DNA of 64,000 nt from Candidatus Omnitrophota bacterium. Its GTDB lineage: Bacteria; Omnitrophota; Omnitrophia; Omnitrophales; Aquincolibacteriaceae. The DNA lies in assembly GCA_043803685.1 (NCBI GenBank), contig JAZDJU010000031.1, positions 7,114-71,113 of the forward strand. Direction: 5' to 3'. The first letter of the stretch is position 1. Each line of letters starts with the position of its first letter. The translations under genes were made by a program, and so were the position numbers. The notes beneath the pieces are model-generated. The model was not told the DNA's origin. It searched no databases and saw only the letters and a program-made list of their open reading frames with translations. Shown here one piece after another: positions 1 to 9,088 of the stretch.

Positions 1-157
1 TCGAGAGGACTTGGCAGAAGCATTATCGTGGGCTGAACGTCCCTCTTACTGTTTATATCCAGAAAGCATGGAAGGCTGTTCCCCGCGATGCGATTGTTCC
101 CATCTTCAGAAAATGGCCCAACGCATAAGAAATTGGCCCAAAAAATAATTTTTCCAG

Positions 158-1537
158 TCAGGGCATCGGATAGCGGAGACTTGTGACGGCAAACCGGGCC
201 CGGCGAATACAATCCGTGATGCCGAAGCCTTGAAGTCCGTTCCCCGCGAGAAAAAGACCTGGATATCGAGAACTTTCCTTCTCGATCTCCGCCACACGCT
301 CAAGATGTCCCACCTCATATTGAGGCAATGCCTTGAGATACCGCTTCACGTCAGTAAAGAGCGGCTTGGACCGGGCGCCGAAAAGATCCCCCGTGAAAGT
401 CGCCGCCTCCCGGCTGAGGATCTCATCGCTCTTATGGAAGACCTCGGGAAGCATGGCCTCCGAGATGAAAGCACGCGCCAAGGCGTATTTTCTGTCAGCA
501 CTCTTGCCAAGCCACTTGAAACTTGAAAAAGGATATTGGCCACCATCCGCTGGCACCCAAAAGCCCGGTTCTATTCGCACCACCGGCATATCCTCGGCAC
601 TGTAAGCGAAACTCACCGTCGAGATCGAATCGTATCGCACGGCCGAAAGTGCCCGGGAAAGTTCTGGAGCCGTTGAGGACAATAACCGGGCAGAATCAGG
701 GGCATTCATGGCAAGCCCCAAGATATCCGCATCGAGCGCAGCGCCGTTCTCCAAAAGGATCTTCCATCCCGCATCGTAGACGCATTGGCGAACGGGCGTC
801 GAACGCTGCAGCTGACAATGTCCCAGTTCCCGCTCAAGCGTCCTGGCCAATCCTTCAAGGCCTTGCCTCAGTGTAAAAAATTCCGCCGCAGATTTTTTTT
901 TCTTGGCGCGAATCCTGTCCAGGAAAGACCCTGTAAGACTCCCCTGAGTTTCCTCGGCTTGCCGCCACTTCGGGAACAGAGCATTCAAGCTCGCGTGCTC
1001 GGGATCGGCCATATAAACACCCCGCACCAACGGCATCACGGCCTCCCGGTAGAAATTTTTCCCGAGGCGGCGGCCAACAAAGTCCGCGATACTCTCATCT
1101 TCCTCTCCACTCTTGCGGAGGACGAACGGCTCCGCAAGCATCCGGCACTTCGCCGCAAATCCCAGGTTTGGATTTCCGAGAAAACCCAGGACATCCCCCC
1201 ACGATCCTGGAAAACCCTGCATACGATAAAACTTATTATTTTTCAGATAGAAAAAATTCCGGAAGCACGGAGCTGCCTCGATCACATCACCCTCAAGGCC
1301 TAATGCGCGGCAAAGATCTAGCGTGTCGCTTTGGCCACCATAAAAGGCATCCGCCCCCGATTCCATCCGGAGATCGCCGTGAGACAACGTGCGGAGGACG
1401 CCACCCCAACGGTCAGACGCTTCAAGAATAGTGATCTTGAGAGGAAATTGCTCCTGGGAGGCTTTCTGCGAGAGGAAAAAGGCGGCGCTAAGACCGGAAA
1501 TGCCACCCCCGACGATCACCGCATGGCGGTCCTTCAT
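158..1537 (-). CDS. hemY: FAD-dependent protoporphyrinogen/coproporphyrinogen oxidase (HemY type)
   Basis: 459-aa ORF with an N-terminal dinucleotide-binding motif (VIVGGGISGLSAAFFL) and a PPOX/amine-oxidase-like layout. Confidence 0.75.
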   Translation of the reverse strand: MKDRHAVIVGGGISGLSAAFFLSQKASQEQFPLKITILEASDRWGGVLRTLSHGDLRMESGADAFYGGQSDTLDLCRALGLEGDVIEAAPCFRNFFYLKNNKFYRMQGFPGSWGDVLGFLGNPNLGFAAKCRMLAEPFVLRKSGEEDESIADFVGRRLGKNFYREAVMPLVRGVYMADPEHASLNALFPKWRQAEETQGSLTGSFLDRIRAKKKKSAAEFFTLRQGLEGLARTLERELGHCQLQRSTPVRQCVYDAGWKILLENGAALDADILGLAMNAPDSARLLSSTAPELSRALSAVRYDSISTVSFAYSAEDMPVVRIEPGFWVPADGGQYPFSSFKWLGKSADRKYALARAFISEAMLPEVFHKSDEILSREAATFTGDLFGARSKPLFTDVKRYLKALPQYEVGHLERVAEIEKESSRYPGLFLAGNGLQGFGITDCIRRARFAVTSLRYPMP

Positions 1538-1564
1538 AAGATCCGAACAGGAACGGATGGACTC

Positions 1565-2491
1565 TTAGTTCTTTTGGACAAGGATCGTAAAGATCTTTCG
1601 GGTCGGAGCCGTGCGGGGCTCCCACGGCCGTTCATAGACAAAATCGATTTTGCCTTCGCCCGGTGTCACAGCCTTGAACTTAAAAATTTCCTCGCCCGGA
1701 ACACCCGGCATCACTTCCTGGGAAACAACATGGTCGGACCTGACAAACTGAGCGGTCTTATCCCCCTCTGGCATCGTCATCTTCCACCGAAACCCTGTTG
1801 AGGGATTGCTCGCAAGCGCGATCGAGAACTCTTCTCCCGGAAGGACTTCCACAGGGACACCCGGATCACGGAAGATCAACGGCTTGTTTTCGGTCACCGG
1901 AGTAGCGCTGGGGACCGGGGAAGAAGGTGTATCGCTCTCCTTGCTCGCATCGACCGAAACCTGAGCAGACGTTTCAGGCAAGATCTCAGCGACAGGAGGA
2001 ATCGGAGTTTCCTTGGCTTCTTCGGGCACCACAACATTCATGGTGATCGGATCGCTCCAAAGGGGCTCAGCGACATCTCCATCTTCGCTCATACGTTTGA
2101 ACCCGAGCCTGAAGGTCACCGGTCCCGTCTTGTCCTGACTGGGGATATAAAGAATGATGTTCTTCTCATAACTGTTTCCAGGGTCCAACGTCACTTCTTC
2201 GAGGGTATTCTCGTTACAGGTCCAGGACTGAATCGACACAACGGGATTATCCGTGACCCAGTGTTTCTCATAAGAACAGGTATTGCTCCAGAAATCGACC
2301 GAAGTATCGTCGCTCGTATTGGAGACCTCCACCCGGTTGAGGAACATCATCCCGGTCTTGACGGAATTTTGATCGGGAAATACCTGGATCTGGAGGAGAG
2401 GATCCTCGGCCCGAACTACCGGGCAAAAAAAACAAACCCCTAATAGAAGGAAAAAGAAGGCGTGGCTAAGCGAGGAGGAACCGATTTTCAT
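1565..2491 (-). CDS. Secreted protein with C-terminal chagasin-like (I42) cysteine-peptidase inhibitor domain
   Basis: Signal peptide. The C-terminus (NPSTGFRW...GEEIFKFKAVTPGEGKIDFVYERPWE) matches the chagasin/ICP motif pattern. Confidence 0.6.
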   Translation of the reverse strand: MKIGSSSLSHAFFFLLLGVCFFCPVVRAEDPLLQIQVFPDQNSVKTGMMFLNRVEVSNTSDDTSVDFWSNTCSYEKHWVTDNPVVSIQSWTCNENTLEEVTLDPGNSYEKNIILYIPSQDKTGPVTFRLGFKRMSEDGDVAEPLWSDPITMNVVVPEEAKETPIPPVAEILPETSAQVSVDASKESDTPSSPVPSATPVTENKPLIFRDPGVPVEVLPGEEFSIALASNPSTGFRWKMTMPEGDKTAQFVRSDHVVSQEVMPGVPGEEIFKFKAVTPGEGKIDFVYERPWEPRTAPTRKIFTILVQKN

Positions 2492-2498
2492 TTTCGAA

Positions 2499-2723
2499 TC
2501 AACTGACCTTTACGAAGGGATACTGGGCTTTGACGTGTCTTTGAAAGAAAGTCCCATGCGAAGGCGCGGACATGAGCTCCTGATAGATCCTTTCGGGAAC
2601 TCCCTGATAGCGATACACGCCGCCCGCGCGGAAGACGACCTCCAGGATTGATGTCATGTTATCGTAGCCGATCAGCGCGAGATCACGCGATCTTACGGGC
2701 TTTACATCTATTTCTGTCACCAT
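2499..2723 (-). CDS. KTSC domain protein
   Basis: 74-aa ORF with a VYRYQGVPERIYQELMSAPSHGTFF pattern typical of the KTSC domain. Confidence 0.6.
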   Translation of the reverse strand: MVTEIDVKPVRSRDLALIGYDNMTSILEVVFRAGGVYRYQGVPERIYQELMSAPSHGTFFQRHVKAQYPFVKVS

Positions 2724-2738
2724 AAAAGCACTCCTCCT

Positions 2739-3185
2739 TCAGGGATGGGTGGCCCGCTGACGCAAGGCCTCTTCGAGCTCAACGAACTTCTCCAGGATCA
2801 CGTCCCGGGCCGGCCGGAAACTCCCGTCCTGGAATTTAAAAAGAATGACGCTGTTGCTGAAGATCGACCGGTAACAGTGTTTCCGGGCCCAAGCCTCCGG
2901 ATTTTCGCCCCGGTAATTGGTCATCAAGAACACAAGCCCGAAGGGATAGGCGACTTCTGCCGTATAATCGATCCCCTCAAAGCGAACCACGACCGGCGCC
3001 GTCCGGAAATAGTTCAGGAGACAGACCATCTTCGCCAGATCATTCCCCGGCTTTTTCAGGAATTCCTGATAGGCCTTGGACTGCGCCACTGGCTCAAGCC
3101 CTTCGGCGCCCCAAACCGGCGGGACCCCTCCTCCCAGAACACCGGCAAAAACACTCAATAGAACAACCGCTAAAAATCTCTTCAT
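2739..3185 (-). CDS. Hypothetical secreted protein
   Basis: Start moved to the internal Met (MKRFLAVVLLSVFAG, a signal peptide) so the gene does not overlap its upstream neighbour. No family recognised. Confidence 0.5.
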   Translation of the reverse strand: MKRFLAVVLLSVFAGVLGGGVPPVWGAEGLEPVAQSKAYQEFLKKPGNDLAKMVCLLNYFRTAPVVVRFEGIDYTAEVAYPFGLVFLMTNYRGENPEAWARKHCYRSIFSNSVILFKFQDGSFRPARDVILEKFVELEEALRQRATHP

Positions 3186-3222
3186 TCCCTTTATGATTCC
3201 TTGACCTTCCGCCCGACCGGGA

Positions 3223-3423
3223 TCATGCCTCGTCCATATAGGACGTATGCCCCACGCTTTTTTTATAAAAATCCAGACACTCACGACAAATTCCCTCGCC
3301 GTGTCCCCATTTGGGGTGCTCCTTCAAAATCACGTCAATGATGTGATGGTCCGTGTGCTTCAAAAAAACCATCAGATCGTGCTCGATCTTTTCCTGGCAG
3401 ACCGGACACACATAATTTTCCAT
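3223..3423 (-). CDS. Small zinc-ribbon-like protein
   Basis: 66-aa ORF with CPVC...CREC cysteine pairs and compact spacing in a gene-dense context. Confidence 0.5.
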   Translation of the reverse strand: MENYVCPVCQEKIEHDLMVFLKHTDHHIIDVILKEHPKWGHGEGICRECLDFYKKSVGHTSYMDEA

Positions 3424-3481
3424 AAAGGCTCATCTCCGGCGTCATTTAGACCTTACAAAGAAGCGGTAGTCTAAATGAACT

Positions 3482-3718
3482 AGTACCGCATGACAATTAA
3501 AATTAAAGGTATGCGGTACAGTACTTGATTTTCATTTACAAGAATTACCGGAAATCAGTGCAGTCCCAATTCTTATCAATCGAAACAAAGTTGAGATTGG
3601 GGCAGCACTGACTACCCTTAATCTAAAATAAAGTCAGTGCAGTCCAAGTCACCCCTCATGAAAAGAAATAAAGACTTGGGCAGTACTGTTAACCCCTAAA
3701 ATTAAATCGACAACAGTC
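3482..3718. repeat. Cluster of four tandem stem-loops (hairpin-cluster family, locus A)
   Basis: Hairpins at 3483-3519, 3556-3610, 3635-3688 and 3685-3717. Two of them share CAGTGCAGTCC...GGGCAGYACTG basal stems. The locus shares sequence with loci at 61.7 kb and 63.9 kb. Confidence 0.8.
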
Positions 3719-4192
3719 CTAAGCCGTTTCGTCAAAGCCCCAATTGGCGTGCAGGAAATACTTTTTGATCTCGGTCTTATGTTCTTTCATCCGGAACTGG
3801 AAATTGGCGATCCCCCCCTGAGGCAAATGGTCCGGCTCGGTCGGGACACTGGTCCCCAGAAGGGGGACCTGGTTCTTGTCGAAAATCACGAGTTGCGCGC
3901 GGATATCCTTGATCGGATGTCCGATATTGTTGATGACGATGCCCTGGAGGGATGCGCCTTCTATTTCGTTGTAATGAGTGCTGGCGCCTTTGATGATCAC
4001 TTCGCGCGGCAACTTCTGAAAATTCTCGATCTCTGGAAAGGATTCGATCCCCCTGGCCCCTCGGTATGATGTTTTCTGTCGCTTATAGAAACGGCCAATG
4101 GGGCTACAACCTTCACAGTATTTTTTGGATCTCCGCTTCGGCCTTGGGATCCGCTTCCGGGGCCAGACTTTCGAGGAACTGTTCGAATTCAT
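3719..4192 (-). CDS. FxLYD-like beta-sandwich domain protein (start uncertain)
   Basis: The C-terminal part (LQGIVINNIGHPIKDIRAQLVIFDKNQVPLLG...ANFQF) resembles the FxLYD domain. The Arg/Lys-rich N-terminus overlaps the upstream gene by 80 nt. Confidence 0.4.
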   Translation of the reverse strand: MNSNSSSKVWPRKRIPRPKRRSKKYCEGCSPIGRFYKRQKTSYRGARGIESFPEIENFQKLPREVIIKGASTHYNEIEGASLQGIVINNIGHPIKDIRAQLVIFDKNQVPLLGTSVPTEPDHLPQGGIANFQFRMKEHKTEIKKYFLHANWGFDETA

Positions 4193-5585
4193 CCTCCAGG
4201 GCGAGATAGGGCACGGGCTTGAGCCCGGTAATTCGCTCGATCGTATCGAGGGTCTTCAGGTCGAACGGGTCGCACATCGCGATCCTCACAGAACCTTCGG
4301 AAACCCCGATCGGGACCGCGCGATGATGAAAGATGAATTCCGCGTTAAAAAGATGGAAGATCGCAGGGTCCGGAGTCCACCCTTTCAGGCAAAAGTAAGG
4401 GATCTTGAGCTTCTTCTCAAGCATCTTTCCTACGTCCTGACTGGAGATAAGATTCATATCGATCAAAGTCTGACCCAGACGACGCCCCGTCTGGAGGTGC
4501 TCTTTAAGGGCTTCGGCAAGCTGGTCTTCGGTGATCAGCCCCGTACTGACCAGGACCTGCCCGAGCGGATCCACGCGTTTCCTGGGCTTGGCGGGTTTCA
4601 ACTCCGGCTCCAGGATATGGACCGCTTCATCGAGCTTCTTGATCGGTGACGAGCGACGGTCCTGAAGATAATGACTCCCCGGCTGGCTTTTGAGATAAGT
4701 TTTGACCTCGGCGGCGTCCTGCGCGATCTCACGGAAATTCGCGTAATTCCGGTAAAAATTGGTACAACCGGCCACAGAACAGGACATAAGCGGAAAATTC
4801 TCCATTTTCCCGCGCCGGTTCTCCACGCGGATAAAACCCGCCTCCCGGTCCGTCTTGTTGTAATAGGTGGGAATGATCCGGTCAAAATCATCGATAAATT
4901 GACGCGCATAGACCTCTTCAAACTCCGCCGGAAGCACCACGATAAAATCGTCCCCTCCAATATGCCCGACGAAGCACTCCCCGTCCCGTGCCACGGCGTG
5001 ACTCGTCCCCACAAGGATCCGGGCGGTCTGGAGAATGGCCTCATCGCCTTTCTCGAAGCTGTAGTGATCGTTGAAAGCCTTGAAGTTGTTGATATCGATG
5101 TAAAGGACCGAGAATTTCTCGCCCGCCTGGATTTTCTTCAGAACGATCTTCTCGATCGCGTGACTGCCTGGAAGATGCGTGAGCGCGTTGGCCTCCACCC
5201 GCTCCGTTGTTTTTGCGATGTTCAGGTTCACGCGCAACTGGAGCACGAGTGGGCTGAACGGCTTCACCAGAAAATCGTCGAAGCCCTTTTCGTGGCCGAG
5301 CATGAGCTCCGTCAATTTGTGCTCTTCGGTGATCATGATGACCGGGACCGACATCAGGTGAGACCGGGAACGGATGATCTGGATGAGGGATTTTCCGGAC
5401 ACGGGTTCCATGTCACTGGAAAGGAGGATCAGATCGAGAACCTCGCGGTCAAGAAACCTCAGGACCTGACTGCTCTTCGAGGCTTCAAAAACCTTATGGT
5501 GGCGGGAGTGAAGACGCATCAGGATCAATTCACGGGTCACAGGGTCCTTTTCGGCGACCAGGATCCGCTTTCCCTTGTCTCTCAT
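4113..5585 (-). CDS. Response regulator with REC, GGDEF-type (GGDDF) and C-terminal T2SSE_N/MshEN domains
   Basis: REC N-terminus, then a GGDEF fold with a GGDDF motif. The C-terminal ~120 aa match the GspE N-terminal / MshEN pattern (LITEDQLAEALKEH...RIAMCDPFDLKTLD). Confidence 0.85.
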   Translation of the reverse strand: MRDKGKRILVAEKDPVTRELILMRLHSRHHKVFEASKSSQVLRFLDREVLDLILLSSDMEPVSGKSLIQIIRSRSHLMSVPVIMITEEHKLTELMLGHEKGFDDFLVKPFSPLVLQLRVNLNIAKTTERVEANALTHLPGSHAIEKIVLKKIQAGEKFSVLYIDINNFKAFNDHYSFEKGDEAILQTARILVGTSHAVARDGECFVGHIGGDDFIVVLPAEFEEVYARQFIDDFDRIIPTYYNKTDREAGFIRVENRRGKMENFPLMSCSVAGCTNFYRNYANFREIAQDAAEVKTYLKSQPGSHYLQDRRSSPIKKLDEAVHILEPELKPAKPRKRVDPLGQVLVSTGLITEDQLAEALKEHLQTGRRLGQTLIDMNLISSQDVGKMLEKKLKIPYFCLKGWTPDPAIFHLFNAEFIFHHRAVPIGVSEGSVRIAMCDPFDLKTLDTIERITGLKPVPYLALEDEFEQFLESLAPEADPKAEAEIQKIL

Positions 5586-5617
5586 TGGATCTCCCTAAAA
5601 GGTAGCAAAACTTCCTT

Positions 5618-6409
5618 TTATGAAAAACTTTCTTTCTTGGACGGAAAGGCGCTCTGTTGAACGTCACGGCAGTACTCACTCGCCGCATTTTTCATGATCT
5701 TTTCAAGGTCCGCGTAGCGCCGTACAAAGCGAGGGCTCACCCCGGAACGGACGCCGAGCAGGTCATGGAACACCAATACTTGTCCGTCGGTGGCAGGCCC
5801 CGCGCCGATCCCGATCGTCGGACACTTGACCGCCTTCGTGATCTCCTCGGCAAGTTTTGACGGCACGCATTCGAGGACGATCGAAAACACTCCCATCCGG
5901 TCCAGAAGCTTCGCATCCTCCAGAATCAACGCCGCCTCTTCCGGATCTTTTCCGTACACCCGGTATTTTCCATCGCCAATATTCTGAGGCAACATCCCGA
6001 CATGTCCCATCACCGAAATGCCTTCGGTCATAAGCTTTTGGACCTGAGCCTGGATCTTCACGCCGCCTTCGAGCTTCACGGCATCAGCGCCGGCTTCGCG
6101 GATCAGGCGCTGCGCGTTCACAAGCGCCCGTTCAGGATCATTATAGGAATGGATCGGCATGTCCGCGACGACCAAAGCGCGCTTCACGCCCTTCGCAACC
6201 GCGGCGGTATGATAGAGCATGTGCTCGATCGTCATGCCGAGCGTGTTTTCGTGACCGAGGAGCACCATACCCACAGAATCCCCGACCATAATGACGTCGA
6301 CACCTGCCTCGTCCGCGATCCTCGCACTCGGATAATCGTAGAGACTAAGCGAAGTGATCTTCTCTCCGGATTGCTTCCTGGCATAAATGGATTGAGCGGT
6401 GAGTTTCAT
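5618..6409 (-). CDS. panB: 3-methyl-2-oxobutanoate hydroxymethyltransferase
   Basis: YDYPSARIADEAGVDVIMVGDSVGMV and the rest of the sequence align to PanB. Start set at MKLTAQS. Confidence 0.9.
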   Translation of the reverse strand: MKLTAQSIYARKQSGEKITSLSLYDYPSARIADEAGVDVIMVGDSVGMVLLGHENTLGMTIEHMLYHTAAVAKGVKRALVVADMPIHSYNDPERALVNAQRLIREAGADAVKLEGGVKIQAQVQKLMTEGISVMGHVGMLPQNIGDGKYRVYGKDPEEAALILEDAKLLDRMGVFSIVLECVPSKLAEEITKAVKCPTIGIGAGPATDGQVLVFHDLLGVRSGVSPRFVRRYADLEKIMKNAASEYCRDVQQSAFPSKKESFS

Positions 6410-6429
6410 CATTAGAACCGGACCAAGTT

Positions 6430-6471
6430 CCACGCCCCACGGGCCACGAAAACGTGGTGCGTGGCTCGTGG
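6430..6471. repeat. CCACG-periodic hairpin repeat
   Basis: CCACGCCCCACGGGCCACG-AAAA-CGTGGTGCGTGGCTCGTGG is an imperfect inverted repeat in the panB-folD spacer. Confidence 0.8.
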
Positions 6472-6484
6472 TACGAGGCCCCCT

Positions 6485-7342
6485 TTATTTAGTTTGCCAC
6501 TCATACGCGAGGAGAAGATTTTCCATAAGCATGGTCACGGTAAGCGGTCCGACGCCTCCCGGCACCGGCGTGATAAAACCGGCTTTTTTGACCGCCTCGT
6601 CGAATTCGACATCGCCTTGAAGTTTTCCGTCAACTTCTGTCGTCCCAACGTCGATCACGACCGCGCCCTGTTTGATCCACGCGCCTTTCACAAGCCCGGG
6701 TTTACCCGAACACGCGATCACGATCTCGCTTGCACCGACAATTTTTTTCATATCCTCTTCGCCCGTCCCGGTATTACAAACAAGCGTGGTCACCCGAGCT
6801 TCGCCCAACAATAGCTGAAGCGGACGGCCGACGATGGCACTTTGGCCGATAAGCGCCGCTTTTTTCCCGCGGAGCATAATGCCGCTCGCTTTAATGAGCG
6901 TGTAAGCCGCGAACGCCGTGGGCGGAATCAGTTTGCCTCGCCGGAGCACGATCAGTCCAAGACTCGTGGGATGAACACCCTCCACGTCCTTCTTTGGATC
7001 CATGGCAAGCAGGACTTTGTCGGAGTCGATCCCCTCCGGAAGCGGCATGGAAATAAAAAGTCCGTGAACTGTTTTATCCGCATTGATCTCCTGGATCTTC
7101 TTGAGTAGCGCCTTTTCGCCCTTGACCTGATCGGGCATAATTCGCTTGAAATGGATCCCCAATTTTCCGGCCAGTTTCTCCTGACTGTTGATATACCAGA
7201 CCGCCGACGGATCTTCGCTCGTCTGGATCGCAGCCAGAGATGGCGTCGGCAGCCCCGCTCCCGTAAAAGCTGCTATTTTCTGGACGATCTTTTCCTGCAA
7301 GTCCGCCGCGATCGCTTTCCCTTCAAGTCTCTTCGCTTCCAC
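6485..7342 (-). CDS. folD: Bifunctional methylene-THF dehydrogenase/methenyl-THF cyclohydrolase
   Basis: Full-length FolD-like sequence. A GTG start at 7342 abuts the upstream stop codon. Confidence 0.9.
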   Translation of the reverse strand: MEAKRLEGKAIAADLQEKIVQKIAAFTGAGLPTPSLAAIQTSEDPSAVWYINSQEKLAGKLGIHFKRIMPDQVKGEKALLKKIQEINADKTVHGLFISMPLPEGIDSDKVLLAMDPKKDVEGVHPTSLGLIVLRRGKLIPPTAFAAYTLIKASGIMLRGKKAALIGQSAIVGRPLQLLLGEARVTTLVCNTGTGEEDMKKIVGASEIVIACSGKPGLVKGAWIKQGAVVIDVGTTEVDGKLQGDVEFDEAVKKAGFITPVPGGVGPLTVTMLMENLLLAYEWQTK

Positions 7343-7343
7343 T

Positions 7344-7949
7344 TTAGCTCCCCTTGGTGAAGCGGCCACGAAGCTCCGCCAAAGCCTTCTCGGCGCGCTC
7401 CTTCCGCTCTATGTTTTTCATGTAAACCACGTTGATATGTGCCGTGTGATAAGCCCCCTCGAACGCCGCGGACAAAAGGTTGTCACTGACGATCAGATCG
7501 TTGGCGACGGCGCCTTTCACGAGGGTTTTCATGTGGGCGTTCCACTCTTTCGCCATGACAAGGATCAGCGCCAGGTCCGCCTGCAAACGGAACGCATTTT
7601 GAAGTGCGTCTTCGAGTTTTTCAGGCCCAGAGCCTTCTTTGTAACACGCCATCACTTCATCGTAGACCTTGGGGTCGAGCGACACGACCTGAAGCGCGTC
7701 CGCGCGGGTCTTTTCGAGGGAATTGACGATCTCCTGCATGCGCTGGCGATTCGCCTCGTCCTGGAACTTCTGTTCCTGAGGAAGATCGGCTTTGGGCTTC
7801 CGCTTGAGCGCGATCCTCGCCACCATTTGCGTCAAAGCCATGCCAAGAGCCCCGGCATAAGCCGAAACACTTCCCCCTCCCGGCACTGGCGCGTCGCTTG
7901 CGAGTTTCTCGAGATAATCCGCGAGGCTAAGGTCTGTGTATTTCTTCAT
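7344..7949 (-). CDS. Cyclodeaminase/cyclohydrolase family protein (FtcD C-terminal-like)
   Basis: ADYLEKLASDAPVPGGGSVSAYAGALGMAL is the signature of the formiminotransferase-cyclodeaminase / FchA family. The gene is adjacent to folD. Confidence 0.75.
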   Translation of the reverse strand: MKKYTDLSLADYLEKLASDAPVPGGGSVSAYAGALGMALTQMVARIALKRKPKADLPQEQKFQDEANRQRMQEIVNSLEKTRADALQVVSLDPKVYDEVMACYKEGSGPEKLEDALQNAFRLQADLALILVMAKEWNAHMKTLVKGAVANDLIVSDNLLSAAFEGAYHTAHINVVYMKNIERKERAEKALAELRGRFTKGS

Positions 7950-8026
7950 AAGACTCCTTCTATTTCTTTAAAAATAAAAAAAACGCCGCTACGGACTTCG
8001 CCCTCACTCGAAGATCGGATGACCGA

Positions 8027-8431
8027 TCAACGTTTCAGAACCACAAGCGCTTTTTGGCTGCTATCGGTCACAATAACGAGAGTACACATCCCGTAAGACG
8101 TAGGCGCACTGCCGTAGATATTGAGGATACTGATCTTTTTGGCCGCGAGTTTGCGCGTGATCCGCATCAAAACCCCCGGTCTGTCCACGATCTCCAGCAA
8201 CAGCACCGTGTTCTCCTGGGCCTTCCACCCCTTCTTTGCGAGAAGGTCTCTCGTGCGTAACGCATCGTCCGTCACAAAATTCATGAGCGCCACGCCGCCT
8301 GCCGCCTGGGCCGAAAGGGCCACCATGTCGATCCCGTGATCCGCCAAAAGGGTCGCCACCTTCGAAAGCACGCCGACCTTGTTCTCCGAAACGACCACGA
8401 ATTCTTTACCCAACTTCACGCTCTGGATCAT
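8027..8431 (-). CDS. ACT domain protein
   Basis: Two ACT-like repeats (VVSENKVGVLSKVATLLADHGIDM; LLLEIVDRPGVLMRITRKLA). Start set at the internal Met. Confidence 0.7.
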   Translation of the reverse strand: MIQSVKLGKEFVVVSENKVGVLSKVATLLADHGIDMVALSAQAAGGVALMNFVTDDALRTRDLLAKKGWKAQENTVLLLEIVDRPGVLMRITRKLAAKKISILNIYGSAPTSYGMCTLVIVTDSSQKALVVLKR

Positions 8432-8509
8432 GGCTAAACCCTCCTTGGTTTTTTGAAGGATATGACTCGTATTATATACTGGACGCCGTCCGCGGGGAGA
8501 GGTTAATTT

Positions 8510-8546
8510 CACTCCCAATTCCAGACCGGGTCTGGAATTGGGAGTG
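8510..8546. terminator. Perfect 18-bp-arm hairpin between cobO and the ACT gene
   Basis: CACTCCCAATTCCAGACC-G-GGTCTGGAATTGGGAGTG. The T-run is on the plus strand only. The core CCAGACCGGGTCTGG is related to the palindromes at 17.5 and 29.0 kb. Confidence 0.6.
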
Positions 8547-8551
8547 CTTTT

Positions 8552-9088
8552 TTAGAATTCTATTCCGGACTGGGCGAGAATACCGCGCTTGAGGGGATGC
8601 TTCACGCATTTCATCTCGGTCACAAGGTCCGCCAGACGAATGATCGCCTGGGGTGCGCCCCTGCCGGTCAGGATCACGTGGAGACCGGGACGCTTTCGCT
8701 TAAGCGCCGTCACCACCTCGGAGGCTTTGAGGAATTTATAGCGAAGGGCGATATGGATCTCGTCAAAAATGACGAGACTGCATTTCGGGTCCTTCAGAAG
8801 TGCACGGCATTGTTTCCAGGCTTTTTGAACGGCCTTGGCATTTTCTTCGCGCGCCACACGCCAGGTAAATCCCCCGCCAAAGCTCCAGACTCGGAATCCT
8901 GAGGATTTTTTCAGAACACGGAATGCGCCCTCCCTGTCCTTAGCCTTGCTGTTGACGGGATATTTAAAGAACTGGACCACGCCTACCCGCCCGCCGTGCC
9001 CCAAGGTTCGTAACGCAACCCCCAGCGCGGCCGTCGTCTTCCCCTTGCCATCCCCCGTATAAACCTGAATGAGACCCATATTTTTCAT
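8552..9088 (-). CDS. cobO: Cob(I)yrinic acid a,c-diamide adenosyltransferase
   Basis: VYTGDGKGKTTAALG P-loop and a CobA/CobO/BtuR-like length. Confidence 0.85.
   Translation of the reverse strand: MKNMGLIQVYTGDGKGKTTAALGVALRTLGHGGRVGVVQFFKYPVNSKAKDREGAFRVLKKSSGFRVWSFGGGFTWRVAREENAKAVQKAWKQCRALLKDPKCSLVIFDEIHIALRYKFLKASEVVTALKRKRPGLHVILTGRGAPQAIIRLADLVTEMKCVKHPLKRGILAQSGIEF

Noticed and set aside
106-318. Small ORFs overlapping the 3' end of hemY, and the untranslated first 157 nt of the window.
   Set aside because: They overlap a confident gene on the same or opposite strand. The first 157 nt are too short to assign.
3482-3718. A CRISPR array as an explanation for the hairpin clusters (also 61706-61800, 63942-64000, and the periodic DNA at 31850-32250).
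   Set aside because: The units are not identical direct repeats at regular spacing, the 'spacers' are loops of hairpins, and no cas genes are present. The 31.8-32.3 kb periodicity is the coding repeat of a Lys/Glu-rich protein.
8510-8546. A canonical rho-independent terminator for cobO.
   Set aside because: The U-tract follows the hairpin only on the plus strand, while both neighbouring genes are on the minus strand. It is kept as a hairpin or possible bidirectional element, not as a confirmed terminator.
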